Positions 53,275 through 62,254 of a DNA stretch of 64,000 bases are shown piece by piece. Made by a program: the position numbers and the translations under genes. The notes under the pieces are model-generated. The model saw only the letters and a list, made by a program, of their open reading frames with translations. It did no database searches and was not told the DNA's origin. Within the stretch, counting starts at the first letter, position 1. Every line of letters starts with the position of its first letter. The DNA is from an uncultured Gemmatimonadaceae bacterium (GTDB lineage: Bacteria > Gemmatimonadota > Gemmatimonadetes > Gemmatimonadales > Gemmatimonadaceae), in NCBI GenBank assembly GCA_963822945.1, contig CAWGJO010000027.1, positions 227,728 to 291,727 of the forward strand, read 5' to 3'.

Positions 53275-54003
53275 ATGCCCGATGCCTATCCCTCGCGTGA
53301 CGTCGAGGTATTCAGCCGCCTGAACGGGCGCCGCCGAGCCGTGCGCAAGTTCGACGGCACCACGGTGCCGGAACACGTGCTGCGCGCGATTGTCGCGGAG
53401 GCGCAGCTGGCGCCGAGCAGCCGCAACTCGCAGCCGTACAGGTTCGTCTGCGTACGATCCCCGGAGCAACTGGCGGCAATTGCACCGCTCTGCAACGACC
53501 AGATGGCAGCGTGTAGCGCGGCCGCCCTCATCGTGCTCGTGGCGGGCAAACGGTTCGCGTACGAGACCCTGGACGCGTGGGACCGGCACCTCACGACGGA
53601 TTGCGGACTGGGCGATCGAAGCATCGCGCATCATCGCGCCGAACTCACGGCCTCGCGCCTGTTCCTATCGATCGGCAGTTGGCCGGTCTGGTCGCTGCTG
53701 TTGGCGGTGATCGGATTGTTTCAACCGGCGACGAGCCTGCTCCCGGTTGGCGGCATCGGCATGCGTCACTGGACGGCACGAAATGCGATTTTCGCGGCGC
53801 AAACCCTGCTGCTCGCGGCCAGTGCGTATGGGATTGACACCTGTCCGATGGAGGGCTTCAACGCCGTCAAGCTGCGCAAGGCGCTGTGCCTGCCGCGAGA
53901 CCTGCTCATTCCTCTCGTGGTCGCCGTGGGGCGGGCTGCTGTCGATGCACGCATCGAACCGCGCTGGCGAAAGCCACTTGAGGAAACACTCGTCGTCGTG
54001 TGA
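53275..54003 (+). CDS. Nitroreductase family protein
   Basis: RRAVRKF, LAPSSRNSQPY, GIDTCPMEGF. Confidence 0.9.
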   Translation: MPDAYPSRDVEVFSRLNGRRRAVRKFDGTTVPEHVLRAIVAEAQLAPSSRNSQPYRFVCVRSPEQLAAIAPLCNDQMAACSAAALIVLVAGKRFAYETLDAWDRHLTTDCGLGDRSIAHHRAELTASRLFLSIGSWPVWSLLLAVIGLFQPATSLLPVGGIGMRHWTARNAIFAAQTLLLAASAYGIDTCPMEGFNAVKLRKALCLPRDLLIPLVVAVGRAAVDARIEPRWRKPLEETLVVV

Positions 54004-54132
54004 GAGTGGGTCCCAGGCTGGTGGAGCTCGCGTCGCGCACCGATGCTCGACCACACTTCGCGGTCGGAGCCGCCGGTAGAGTGACGGCGAGTCGCAACCT
54101 ACGCGCATCTTGCCCCGGTTAGGAAGTCCTAA

Positions 54133-54426
54133 CTACCCCCGCACCAACTTCCGATACGTCACCCGCTGCGGCTGATCGGCATCCGGTCCCTTCCGCTTCC
54201 TCGGATCTTCTATATAGGAACCCACGTTCCCCTCGAACTACGCACGTGACGACGGGGCTATGACGCGAGCCGGGTGCTCTTCAGAGGGGCCATGGCGCGA
54301 GGCCGTGTGGTTCACGCTCGTCACGAACACATCGTCGTGACAGTCCCTCTTGTCACCGATCGGAAAGCACGACGGGCGGCCACGATTGGGGCTTCGATCG
54401 GGCAACTCTCCCGGGACCCGGAATTC
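54133..54426 (-). repeat. ettA-tail + long arm repeat copy H
   Basis: *FEGNVGSYIEDPRKRKGPDADQPQRVTYRKLVRG*; GTCACGA-N8-TCGTGAC at 54320-54341. Confidence 0.9.
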
Positions 54427-54471
54427 TCCGCCGGTCGCGCCCTGTACCCGGCCACCGCCAACTCACCCCTC

Positions 54472-54936
54472 CTAACTGTCGCCGTCTCGACCCATCAATC
54501 GCTCGAGCTGGATGCGGTGCCGCATCGGATGCACGATCGCGTGCTCCAGCATCTGCTCGATGTTGTAGTCCTCGCCCCAGCGGGACTTGTAAGTGACCGG
54601 AGCGAGTTCGCGATCTTCGAGCACCCCGAGATGACGGCGCCAGCCGGCGAGAACCGCTTCCATGAATGCAGCGCTTCGGCCGGCGATAACCAGGGGGTCC
54701 GTTTCCGAATCGAGGTCGGTGACCGGTCGCTTCACGCACGCGCCAATCCAGGTCAGGTAGTTGCGACACGACCGCAACACGTGTCCGCCCAGGTGCTCGC
54801 TCGACTGGTAGGACGGATCGTCAGTCTCCGGCAGAGGCTTGCCGGAAGCACGAAAGGCGAGCCACGTGTCATGGAACCGCCGCATCTCGATCTCATGCAG
54901 TTCGACGCAGCTTCGCACGGCGTTGCTCTTGAACAT
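54472..54936 (-). CDS. DinB-like four-helix protein
   Basis: HV...Y N-terminal His; YNIEQMLEHAIVHPMRHRIQ. Confidence 0.75.
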   Translation of the reverse strand: MFKSNAVRSCVELHEIEMRRFHDTWLAFRASGKPLPETDDPSYQSSEHLGGHVLRSCRNYLTWIGACVKRPVTDLDSETDPLVIAGRSAAFMEAVLAGWRRHLGVLEDRELAPVTYKSRWGEDYNIEQMLEHAIVHPMRHRIQLERLMGRDGDS

Positions 54937-55041
54937 GTCGCTCCTCCATTTGGATGCGCATCACTCCAGAAGCGAATGGACGTTACTCGGCGCGGACGGA
55001 GGGTGGGCGCCAAACCCGGCCGTCCTGCCGCTTGAGCCCCA

Positions 55042-55542
55042 TTACGGCTCGAGCCCGGCGAGCAACCGCCGCAGGAGCCCGTCCAGCGCGCGCTGCTCGG
55101 CGCGTGTCAGTCCCGCCAGCAACCGCGCTTCGTTCTCCGCGTGCACACCTATCGCTCGGTCGATCATCGCGCGCCCGTGCGGCGTCAGCCGCACCCGCGT
55201 TCCGCGGCGATCCGCCGAATCCGGACGGCGTTCCACGAGCCCCGCCTCGACCAGCCGGTCCAGCCGCTTCGTCGTGCCACCGGAAGAGAGCAGCGTCGCG
55301 CGCATCAACTCCCCGGCGTTCAGCTCGTAGGGCGCACCGCTCCGGCGGAGCGCCGCCAGGATGTCGAACCAGCCGGGCTGCAGGTCGTACGCCGCAAGCC
55401 CCTCCGCCAGCGCGCTGTCCGCCAGACGCATGCAGCGAAACAGCCGGCCGAACAATGCCAACGGCGCCGTATCCAACTCGGGACGCTCCCGCCGCCACTG
55501 TTCGCGGATCACGTCGATACGGTCCTTCGATCGGGGGCTCAT
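55042..55542 (-). CDS. MarR family regulator (UrtR/TamR-like)
   Basis: QWRRERPELD, FDILAALRRSG, SSGGTTKRLDRL, DRRG. Confidence 0.9.
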   Translation of the reverse strand: MSPRSKDRIDVIREQWRRERPELDTAPLALFGRLFRCMRLADSALAEGLAAYDLQPGWFDILAALRRSGAPYELNAGELMRATLLSSGGTTKRLDRLVEAGLVERRPDSADRRGTRVRLTPHGRAMIDRAIGVHAENEARLLAGLTRAEQRALDGLLRRLLAGLEP

Positions 55543-55581
55543 TTGACACTAGAATAGCAGGACACTATCATCCTGGCAAGC

Positions 55582-55597
55582 ATCTTCCTAGGAAGAT
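55582..55597. promoter_or_regulatory. Perfect palindrome ATCTTCCTAGGAAGAT, MarR operator candidate
   Basis: In the divergent MarR/oxidoreductase intergenic region. Confidence 0.65.
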
Positions 55598-55624
55598 ATT
55601 ATTGTTGACACGCCAGGAGGCGGC

Positions 55625-56560
55625 ATGACCGCAGCGCGAGAGACCAGAGCGGTGACCACGAGACGTACCATTCGACTGACGGCGCCCGGCGGGCCCGGCG
55701 GACTGGTGCTCGAAGAGCTCCCGCTCCCGCAACCGCGCGCCGGCGACGTCCTGGTGCGCGTACACGCCGCCGGCATTACCCGCGACGAGCTGACCTGGCC
55801 GGTCGACCGGTTGCCGGCGATTCCATCGTATGAACTCTCGGGCGTCGTCGTGGCCGTTGGACCCGGCGTCGACGCGCCGGCGGTCGGTGACGCCGTCTGG
55901 GGCCTCACCCCCTTCGACCGCGACGGCGTGGCCGCCGAATTCGCGTCGGTGCCCGCCGCCGTGCTCGCGCCCAAGCCCCGCCGGCTTGGCCACACGCGCT
56001 GCGCCGCGATTCCGCTCGCGGCGCTCAGCGCCTGGCAGGGACTGTTCGACCACGGACGGCTCCGGGAAGGGCAGCGCGTCATGATCCACGGCGCGGGTGG
56101 CGGCGTCGGACACTTCGCCGTGCAGCTCGCGCGGTGGCGCGGCGCCCACGTCATCGGCACGGCGTCACCGGCGGGAATGGCGGCGGCCCGCGCCTCCGGC
56201 GCGCACGAGGTGCTCGACCGCTCGAAGCCGAACGCCTCCGCCGGACTCGAGCCCGTCGATCTCGTCTTCGACACCGTCGGCGGCGCTGCCCTGTCCGCGT
56301 TTGGGGAGTTCGTACGCCGCGGCGGCCGGATCGTGAGCGTGGCGGAGCAGCCGCCCGCCGGCCTGGACGGCGTATACTTCGTCGTGGAGCCGCGGCGCGA
56401 GCAACTCGAGGAGATCGGCCGCCTCGTCGATGCCGGCACCCTGGAGCCGGTGCTGGACGCGGTGTTCCCGCTCGCCGATGCGCGGGCCGCCTTCGAGCGG
56501 GTCGCGCAGCCCGGCAAACGCGGCAAGGTCGTGCTCGAGGTGACCAATGACGAGAGTTGA
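55625..56560 (+). CDS. NADP-dependent quinone oxidoreductase (MDR family)
   Basis: VLVRVHAAG, AWQGL, IHGAGGGVGHFAVQLA, GKVVL. Confidence 0.9.
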   Translation: MTAARETRAVTTRRTIRLTAPGGPGGLVLEELPLPQPRAGDVLVRVHAAGITRDELTWPVDRLPAIPSYELSGVVVAVGPGVDAPAVGDAVWGLTPFDRDGVAAEFASVPAAVLAPKPRRLGHTRCAAIPLAALSAWQGLFDHGRLREGQRVMIHGAGGGVGHFAVQLARWRGAHVIGTASPAGMAAARASGAHEVLDRSKPNASAGLEPVDLVFDTVGGAALSAFGEFVRRGGRIVSVAEQPPAGLDGVYFVVEPRREQLEEIGRLVDAGTLEPVLDAVFPLADARAAFERVAQPGKRGKVVLEVTNDES

Positions 56561-57344
56561 ACGTAAGGCGGAGGCGTTCCGCACGCTGCATGCGGGCGCT
56601 CCATTCGTGATTCCCAATCCGTGGGACGCGGGCTCGGCGCGTGTATTCGAGGCGCTGGGATTCCACGCCCTCGCCACTACCAGCTCGGGGTTCGCGTTCA
56701 CCCTCGGCCGGCTCGACGGCGGCACCACGCTCGACGACGTGGCCGCGCACGTCGAGGCGCTTGACCGCGCGACCGCCCTGCCGATATCCGCCGACCTCGA
56801 GAACGGCTACGGGGACGAGCCGGAGAGTGCGGCGCGTGCCGTCACGCGGATTGCGTCGGCCGGTGCGGTCGGCGGCTCCATCGAAGACTGGGACGGCGCG
56901 CAGCACCGACTCTATAGTCGGTCGCACGCCGTGGAACGGATCGCCGCTGCCGTGGAAGCGGCGCGTGCGCTCTCCTTTCCGTTCACTCTCACGGCACGCG
57001 CCGAGAACCACATTCGCGGCAATCCCGATCTGGACGACACGATCGCCCGGTTGAGCGCCTTCGAACAGGCCGGAGCCGATGTGCTCTACGCACCGGGGCT
57101 GGTCACGCTGGAGCAGATCCGGGCCGTCTGTTCGGCGGTGACGAAGCCGGTGAACGTGCTGGCCAGGCCGGATCTCTCGTTCCACCAACTCGTGGAGGCC
57201 GGCGCGCAACGCGTGAGCGTCGGCGGTGCGCTGGCGTGGGTGGCGGCGCGGGCGATGGCCGATGCGGCGATCGCCATTCGCGACCGGGGCGATTTCTCGG
57301 CGCTGTCGGCGCGCGTGCCGTTGGCCGAGTGGTTCACGTCCTGA
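56547..57344 (+). CDS. Isocitrate lyase/PEP mutase family protein
   Basis: PNPWDAGSA, ATTSSG, ADLENGYG, SIED, AGADVLYAP. Confidence 0.9.
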   Translation: MTRVERKAEAFRTLHAGAPFVIPNPWDAGSARVFEALGFHALATTSSGFAFTLGRLDGGTTLDDVAAHVEALDRATALPISADLENGYGDEPESAARAVTRIASAGAVGGSIEDWDGAQHRLYSRSHAVERIAAAVEAARALSFPFTLTARAENHIRGNPDLDDTIARLSAFEQAGADVLYAPGLVTLEQIRAVCSAVTKPVNVLARPDLSFHQLVEAGAQRVSVGGALAWVAARAMADAAIAIRDRGDFSALSARVPLAEWFTS

Positions 57345-57384
57345 AATGGGAGGACGGACATGACGCACGAAGACCTGCGAGCGC

Positions 57385-57589
57385 GGCCATCCGCGAGGTG
57401 TATGCGCAGATGATCGGGAAGGGGATTCGGTTTCAGGCGGAGGAGCCGTTGCCGACACTCCAGCTCGGCGACATCGCCCTGACCGCCACGCCGGCTCGGG
57501 ACGACGCCGGCGCGCGAGCGCAGGTGGTTCGGCGAGAGGCCGACGGCGGCTGGGTGCGTGTGCTGGACCGGCCGGACTTCCGAGCGTAG
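57385..57589 (+). pseudogene. 5'-truncated SnoaL/YybH-like gene fragment
   Basis: AIREVY...GDIAL...AQVVRREADGGWVRVLDRP with no credible start. Confidence 0.5.
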
Positions 57590-57628
57590 CTGCTGTCGAG
57601 ACCTGCGTGAGCGGCCGGCCGACTTGCC

Positions 57629-57809
57629 TTACCCCGCACCAACTTTCGATGCGGCTGATCGGCATCCGGCCCCTTCCGCTTCTTTAACTCTTCTATATAC
57701 GAACCACCATTTCCCTCGAACTACGCATGCCAAAGCGTGGTTATGACGTGATCGGCGTCATCTTCATAGGGGAAATCGCGGGAGGCCGCGTAGTTCACCC
57801 TTGTCACGG
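57629..57809 (-). repeat. ettA-tail + arm repeat copy I (12-bp deletion, arm truncated)
   Basis: VTRVNYAASRDFPYEDDADHVITTLWHA*FEGNGGSYIEELKKRKGPDADQPHRKLVRG. Confidence 0.88.
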
Positions 57810-57818
57810 GATCCGACC

Positions 57819-57920
57819 AAGCGATACCGGCCCCGACGCCCACGGGCTTCCCCCCTCTATCGGCTCGTCCAGGACCACGTTCGCACGCTGGAAATGGTCT
57901 ACGACGAGCGCTTCGCGCCG
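57819..57920 (+). mobile_element. N-terminal remnant of an IS91-family transposase
   Basis: YRPRRPRASPLYRLVQDHVRTLEMVYDERF resembles the segment preceding the IS91 zinc-binding domain; rest absent. Confidence 0.6.
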
Positions 57921-58138
57921 GCAGGTGGTGCTGAGGATGATCGGACTGGCGTCGTTTTCGTGTACTGCTGTGTAGGGGCGTCCGATCGTCGAGGCCCGAT
58001 GCACTCATCCCACAACAGAAGCGCCAACATGAAACAAGCATCCTCGAACGCCGTGAGGCCCGCGTCAGGGGCGCCACACAGGGTTGCGAGAACCGGGAGG
58101 AAGGGCGAAGATGGGTCCGTATCCTTCCTGCCCGGCCC

Positions 58139-58723
58139 ATGGAGCCAGACGCTCAGGCGCAGATTGGCGAAATCACCGCCGTGTTGCGCGCGATCGACCA
58201 GGGACAGCACGCGATCGTGGACCGGGTGGTGCCACTGGTTTACGATGAGCTGCGCCTGATGGCGCGCCGCCAACTCGCCGCCCAGCGCGTCGGCCACACC
58301 CTCAATACCACGGCCCTGGTACACGAGGCGTACCTCAAACTCGCCTCGGCATCGCCACGCCCCTGGCAGGACCGCGCGCACTTCCTCTCGGTCGCCGCGG
58401 TGGTCATGCGCCACATTCTCGTCAACTACGCGCGGGCGCAGCACGCCCAGAAGCGCGGCGACGGCCCGGCGCTGGTCACCCTCGACGACAACCTCGTGGG
58501 CGGCGAACTGCGCTCCGACGAGCTGCTGCTCCTGGACGACGCGCTCGAGCGGCTGAATGTCGCGCACCCGCGCCAACGGGCCATCGTGGAGTATCGCTTC
58601 TTCGGCGGCCTGACCCACGAGGAGATCGCGTCGGTGCTCGGCGTGTCCGTACCCACGGTGCAACGCGACTGGCGCATGGCGCGCGCCTGGCTCGTGAACG
58701 AGTTGAAGGTGCGGAGAGAATGA
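58139..58723 (+). CDS. ECF sigma factor, kinase-associated (ECF43-like)
   Basis: VYDELR, HTLNTTALVHEAYLKL, MRHILVNYAR..AQKRG, RFFGGLT, RDWRMARAWL. Confidence 0.9.
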   Translation: MEPDAQAQIGEITAVLRAIDQGQHAIVDRVVPLVYDELRLMARRQLAAQRVGHTLNTTALVHEAYLKLASASPRPWQDRAHFLSVAAVVMRHILVNYARAQHAQKRGDGPALVTLDDNLVGGELRSDELLLLDDALERLNVAHPRQRAIVEYRFFGGLTHEEIASVLGVSVPTVQRDWRMARAWLVNELKVRRE

Positions 58724-61272
58724 GCGCCGACCGCTGGACGGTGATGCAACGGGTCTTCGAGGGGGCGCTGCTGCTGCAGGGAGACGACCGGCAGCGCTAC
58801 CTCGACGCCGCGTGCCGGGGAGACGAAGCGCTGCGACGCGAGATCGACGCTCTCCTCGCTGCCGACGAGGAGGGCAACTCGCTCCTCGATGGCATCGCCG
58901 GCGACGGGCTCGCCTCGCGCGATGAGGACCTGCTGCCCGGCACCATGGTGGGCGCCTGGCGTATCGCCCACCGTCTGGCCGAAGGCGGCATGGGCCTGGT
59001 CTACCTCGCCCAACGGGCCGACGGCGCGTTCGAGCAGGACGTCGCGCTGAAAGTCATCAAGCGGGGGATGGACTCCCGCGAGATCGTCGCCCGCTTCCGG
59101 GCCGAACGACAGATCCTGGCGCGGCTGCAGCACCCCAACATCGCCCGCCTCGTGGACGGCGGCGTGACGGACGACAGCCGCCCCTGGTTCGCCATGGAGT
59201 ACGTGGACGGCCAACCGATCGACGTCTACTGCGACCAGCAGCGGCTGACGGTGGCGCAGCGCCTCGACCTCTTCATCGAGGTGTGCGCCGCCGTCCAGTT
59301 CGCGCACGCGAAGCTCGTGGTGCACCGCGACCTGAAGCCGGACAACATCCTGGTCACGCACCGCGGCGAGGTGAAGCTGCTCGACTTCGGCATCGGCAAG
59401 GTGCTGGAAGCGGATGACAGTAGGCCGCAACTCACGAAGACCGGAATGCGTCTCAACACCCCGGCCTACGCCTCGCCAGAACAGCTCCGCGGACAGCCCG
59501 TCTCCACCGCCACCGACGTCTACTCGCTCGGCGTGGTGCTGTTCGAGATGCTCGTCGGGCAGCGCCCCATGCGCGGGTGGCGCGACGCCGAGCCGCCACC
59601 GCCGGACGCCGTCCCGGAAAGTCCGCTGGCCGCGCTGCGTCGGAGCCGTCAGGGAAGTGGCCCGGTCACCCTCCACGACGTGTGCACCACCCGCGACACC
59701 CGGCCCGACCGGCTCGAACGCCAGTTGCGCGGGGATCTCGAAGTCATCTGCGCCCATGCCCTGCAGGTGGAAACGGAACGTCGCTACGCGTCCGTGGAAG
59801 CCCTCGCCAACGACCTCATACGGCATCGGAGCGGGCAGCCGGTGCTCGCCCGGCCGGACAGCGTCGCGTATCGCGCCCGCAAGTTCGTGTCGCGCAACCG
59901 GACCGGGGTCATCTCGGCGTCCGTCGTGCTGCTGCTGATCTCATCTACCGTGGCCTTCTATACCGTTCGCCTGCGAACCGAGCGAACCCTGGCCAGCCGC
60001 GCGGCCACGCGTGCGAACGACGTTTCGACCTTCCTCGTCAATATCTTCAAGCGCGCGTCGCCGCAGAGCCCCCATCAACTGACAACGGCTCGTCAACTCC
60101 TCGACGATGCCGTGTCGGGTATCGATACGCTCGCCAGGGATCAGCCGGTGCTCTATTCAAACGTGCTCCTGACCACGGGAATGGTGTATCGCGAGATCGG
60201 CGACATGAAGGCCGCCGAGCCGCAACTCCGGAAGCTCGTGCAGGTGAACCGGACCATCTTCCACCAGCCCGCGGTACCCTCCATCCAGGCCAAGAGCCAG
60301 CTCGCCACGACGCTGGAGGAAGAGGGCAAGTTCGCGCAGGCTGAACCGTTCTTCGAGAACGCGCTGGCCGAGGCCCGCGCGCTGCCCAACGATCCATACG
60401 CCGTCGCATACTGCCTCAACAATCTCGCCCGGCTTCGCCTTGACATGGCGCGGTACGCCGAGGCCGAACCATCGCTGCGCGAAGTGGTCGCGATTTACGG
60501 TCGACCCATCGCGATCCCCGCCGAGGGCGCTGCTCCGGCAGTCTCCCCCTTTGCGGCCTCCGCACCCTGGTTCCATACCGAGTGGCGTGCAACCGCGCTC
60601 CGCAATCTGGGCCGCGCCGTACGCCTGGAAGGGCGTTTGTCCGAAGCCGACTCCATCTTCCGGCTGAGCGTGATCGATTCGCGCGCGGCGGGTCCAACCG
60701 GAACGCCGCAGGTTGCCGAGACACTCTTTGAAGACGCCGCGCTCCAGATCGACCTCGGTCGCCTCGACTCGGCCCGGACGCTCGCCCTCGCGTCGCTCAC
60801 CATGCGACACGCCAAGTTCCTGAAGGGGCACCCCACCATCGGGCAGAGTCTCGTGCAGTTGGCGTCCATTGCCCGCCGTCAGGGACGGCTGCGCGCGGCC
60901 GACAGCCTCCTCACACGAGGCGACTCGATTCTGCGCGCCATGCTGCCCGCGACGCATGCCTGGATCGCCACGGCGGAACTCGAACGCGCCGAGCTGCGGC
61001 GCGCGCAGAAACGTCCCGCCGCCGCCGCGTACGATTCCGCGCTCGCCGGCCTCCGCGCGGCGCTCGGCAAGGACCATCCGGACTATGCGGAAGCACTCCT
61101 GCGGTACGGGAGCTACGTCGCCGAGCAGCATGGATGCGCGCGGGCGGCGCCGCTGCTTGCAAAAGGGCTCGGGATTCTGGCGGCCCGGCTCGGCGCGGAG
61201 AATCCCCGCGTCGCCACCGACCGGACGCTGGCCGGCCGGTGCGTCGGTCAATCCGCGCGAGGCCCCATGTAG
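58720..61272 (+). CDS. Membrane Ser/Thr kinase with TPR ectodomain
   Basis: GGMGLVY, RFRAERQILARLQHPNIA, HRDLKPDN, DFG; TM helix; TPRs; ATGA overlap with sigma gene. Confidence 0.92.
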   Translation: MSADRWTVMQRVFEGALLLQGDDRQRYLDAACRGDEALRREIDALLAADEEGNSLLDGIAGDGLASRDEDLLPGTMVGAWRIAHRLAEGGMGLVYLAQRADGAFEQDVALKVIKRGMDSREIVARFRAERQILARLQHPNIARLVDGGVTDDSRPWFAMEYVDGQPIDVYCDQQRLTVAQRLDLFIEVCAAVQFAHAKLVVHRDLKPDNILVTHRGEVKLLDFGIGKVLEADDSRPQLTKTGMRLNTPAYASPEQLRGQPVSTATDVYSLGVVLFEMLVGQRPMRGWRDAEPPPPDAVPESPLAALRRSRQGSGPVTLHDVCTTRDTRPDRLERQLRGDLEVICAHALQVETERRYASVEALANDLIRHRSGQPVLARPDSVAYRARKFVSRNRTGVISASVVLLLISSTVAFYTVRLRTERTLASRAATRANDVSTFLVNIFKRASPQSPHQLTTARQLLDDAVSGIDTLARDQPVLYSNVLLTTGMVYREIGDMKAAEPQLRKLVQVNRTIFHQPAVPSIQAKSQLATTLEEEGKFAQAEPFFENALAEARALPNDPYAVAYCLNNLARLRLDMARYAEAEPSLREVVAIYGRPIAIPAEGAAPAVSPFAASAPWFHTEWRATALRNLGRAVRLEGRLSEADSIFRLSVIDSRAAGPTGTPQVAETLFEDAALQIDLGRLDSARTLALASLTMRHAKFLKGHPTIGQSLVQLASIARRQGRLRAADSLLTRGDSILRAMLPATHAWIATAELERAELRRAQKRPAAAAYDSALAGLRAALGKDHPDYAEALLRYGSYVAEQHGCARAAPLLAKGLGILAARLGAENPRVATDRTLAGRCVGQSARGPM

Positions 61273-61479
61273 ACGCGGATGATCGGTTTTCGGGTGGTTC
61301 CGTGTTTGGAGGGACAGGGGGATGCAGCCGTGGTCCCCGCTCCTGACCCTCCGACCCGGAGTTACTCCGATGCCCGCCCGTGCCACCGGCCATCGCCTGG
61401 CCACCCCGCACCAGCGGCGACGCCCAGTGCACGCCGCCGCGGTTGCCGTCCTCGCCCTGCTCTCCGTTGCCGGATGCGG
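61266..61479 (+). repeat. 214-bp direct repeat copy 1 (leader plus signal-peptide region)
   Basis: Colinear with 63711-63924; 42-bp identical core at 61272-61313. Confidence 0.9.
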
Positions 61480-62143
61480 TGGGGGTGCCGGTGCCGGTGG
61501 CGACGGCCCCACCGCGCCCGGCAACCACCCTCCCACGCTCGCCAGCCTGAGTGTGACGAGCTCGAGCACGACCTATCTGCGTGCCGACCTGGCGGCCAGC
61601 GCCAGCGATCCCGACCGCAATCTCTCCCACGTCGTCATCGCCTGGGGTGACAGCACCACCACCGATTTCACTTCCGGGTTGGACGCGCTCGCCGCGACGC
61701 ACGACTACGCCACTGGCGGCAGCTACGCCGTGACCGCGACCGCGTACGACGACGCCGGCAACCAGGTAACCAGGGATACCTCGTTTCAGTTCGCCGCCCC
61801 ACCCAGCGCCTGCGATACCGTGGTCGCGGCGCTCTACGTACTCGCCATCTGCGAGAAGGTGCAGTCCAACTTCGACGGCACCGACATCACCGCGAGCCAG
61901 GGTCATACGGCCGACACGGTCAGCGTGATGACGAGCCACGGGTCGTACGACTTCTTGATTGCGTTGACCCATCTCGATCCCGTCATACCGTGGCAGGGCC
62001 CGCCCTGGACGTTGCTGCTCACCGCGAGCGGCACGTTCTCGAGAACCAAGGGCAAGAGCTCGGTCATCGTGACCGTCTTCGACTGCGACCAATTCGTCAT
62101 CTGCAACACGGGGCCAGGCGAAGTGAAGGCCTTCTCGTGGTGA
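61370..62143 (+). CDS. Lipoprotein with PKD-like domain
   Basis: VAGC lipobox, NHPP, ASDPD, AWGDS, HDYATGGSYAVT.TAYD. Confidence 0.75.
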   Translation: MPARATGHRLATPHQRRRPVHAAAVAVLALLSVAGCGGGAGAGGDGPTAPGNHPPTLASLSVTSSSTTYLRADLAASASDPDRNLSHVVIAWGDSTTTDFTSGLDALAATHDYATGGSYAVTATAYDDAGNQVTRDTSFQFAAPPSACDTVVAALYVLAICEKVQSNFDGTDITASQGHTADTVSVMTSHGSYDFLIALTHLDPVIPWQGPPWTLLLTASGTFSRTKGKSSVIVTVFDCDQFVICNTGPGEVKAFSW

Positions 62144-62254
62144 AGTCCGCGCGGCGCCCTGCGCCGGTTCCCGGCTCCCGGCGTCCAACCGTCCGACCAT
62201 ACGAGGATTTCAAAATCCTGTTTCTGAGCGGACATCTCATCGAAAGGGGGAACG

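Noticed and set aside
23372..57809. Repeat array as CRISPR or classical integron attC array
   Set aside because: Spacing is kilobases and irregular, the repeats are not attC-like hairpins with RYYYAAC/GTTRRRY ends, cargo is bidirectional, and no cas or intI gene is present
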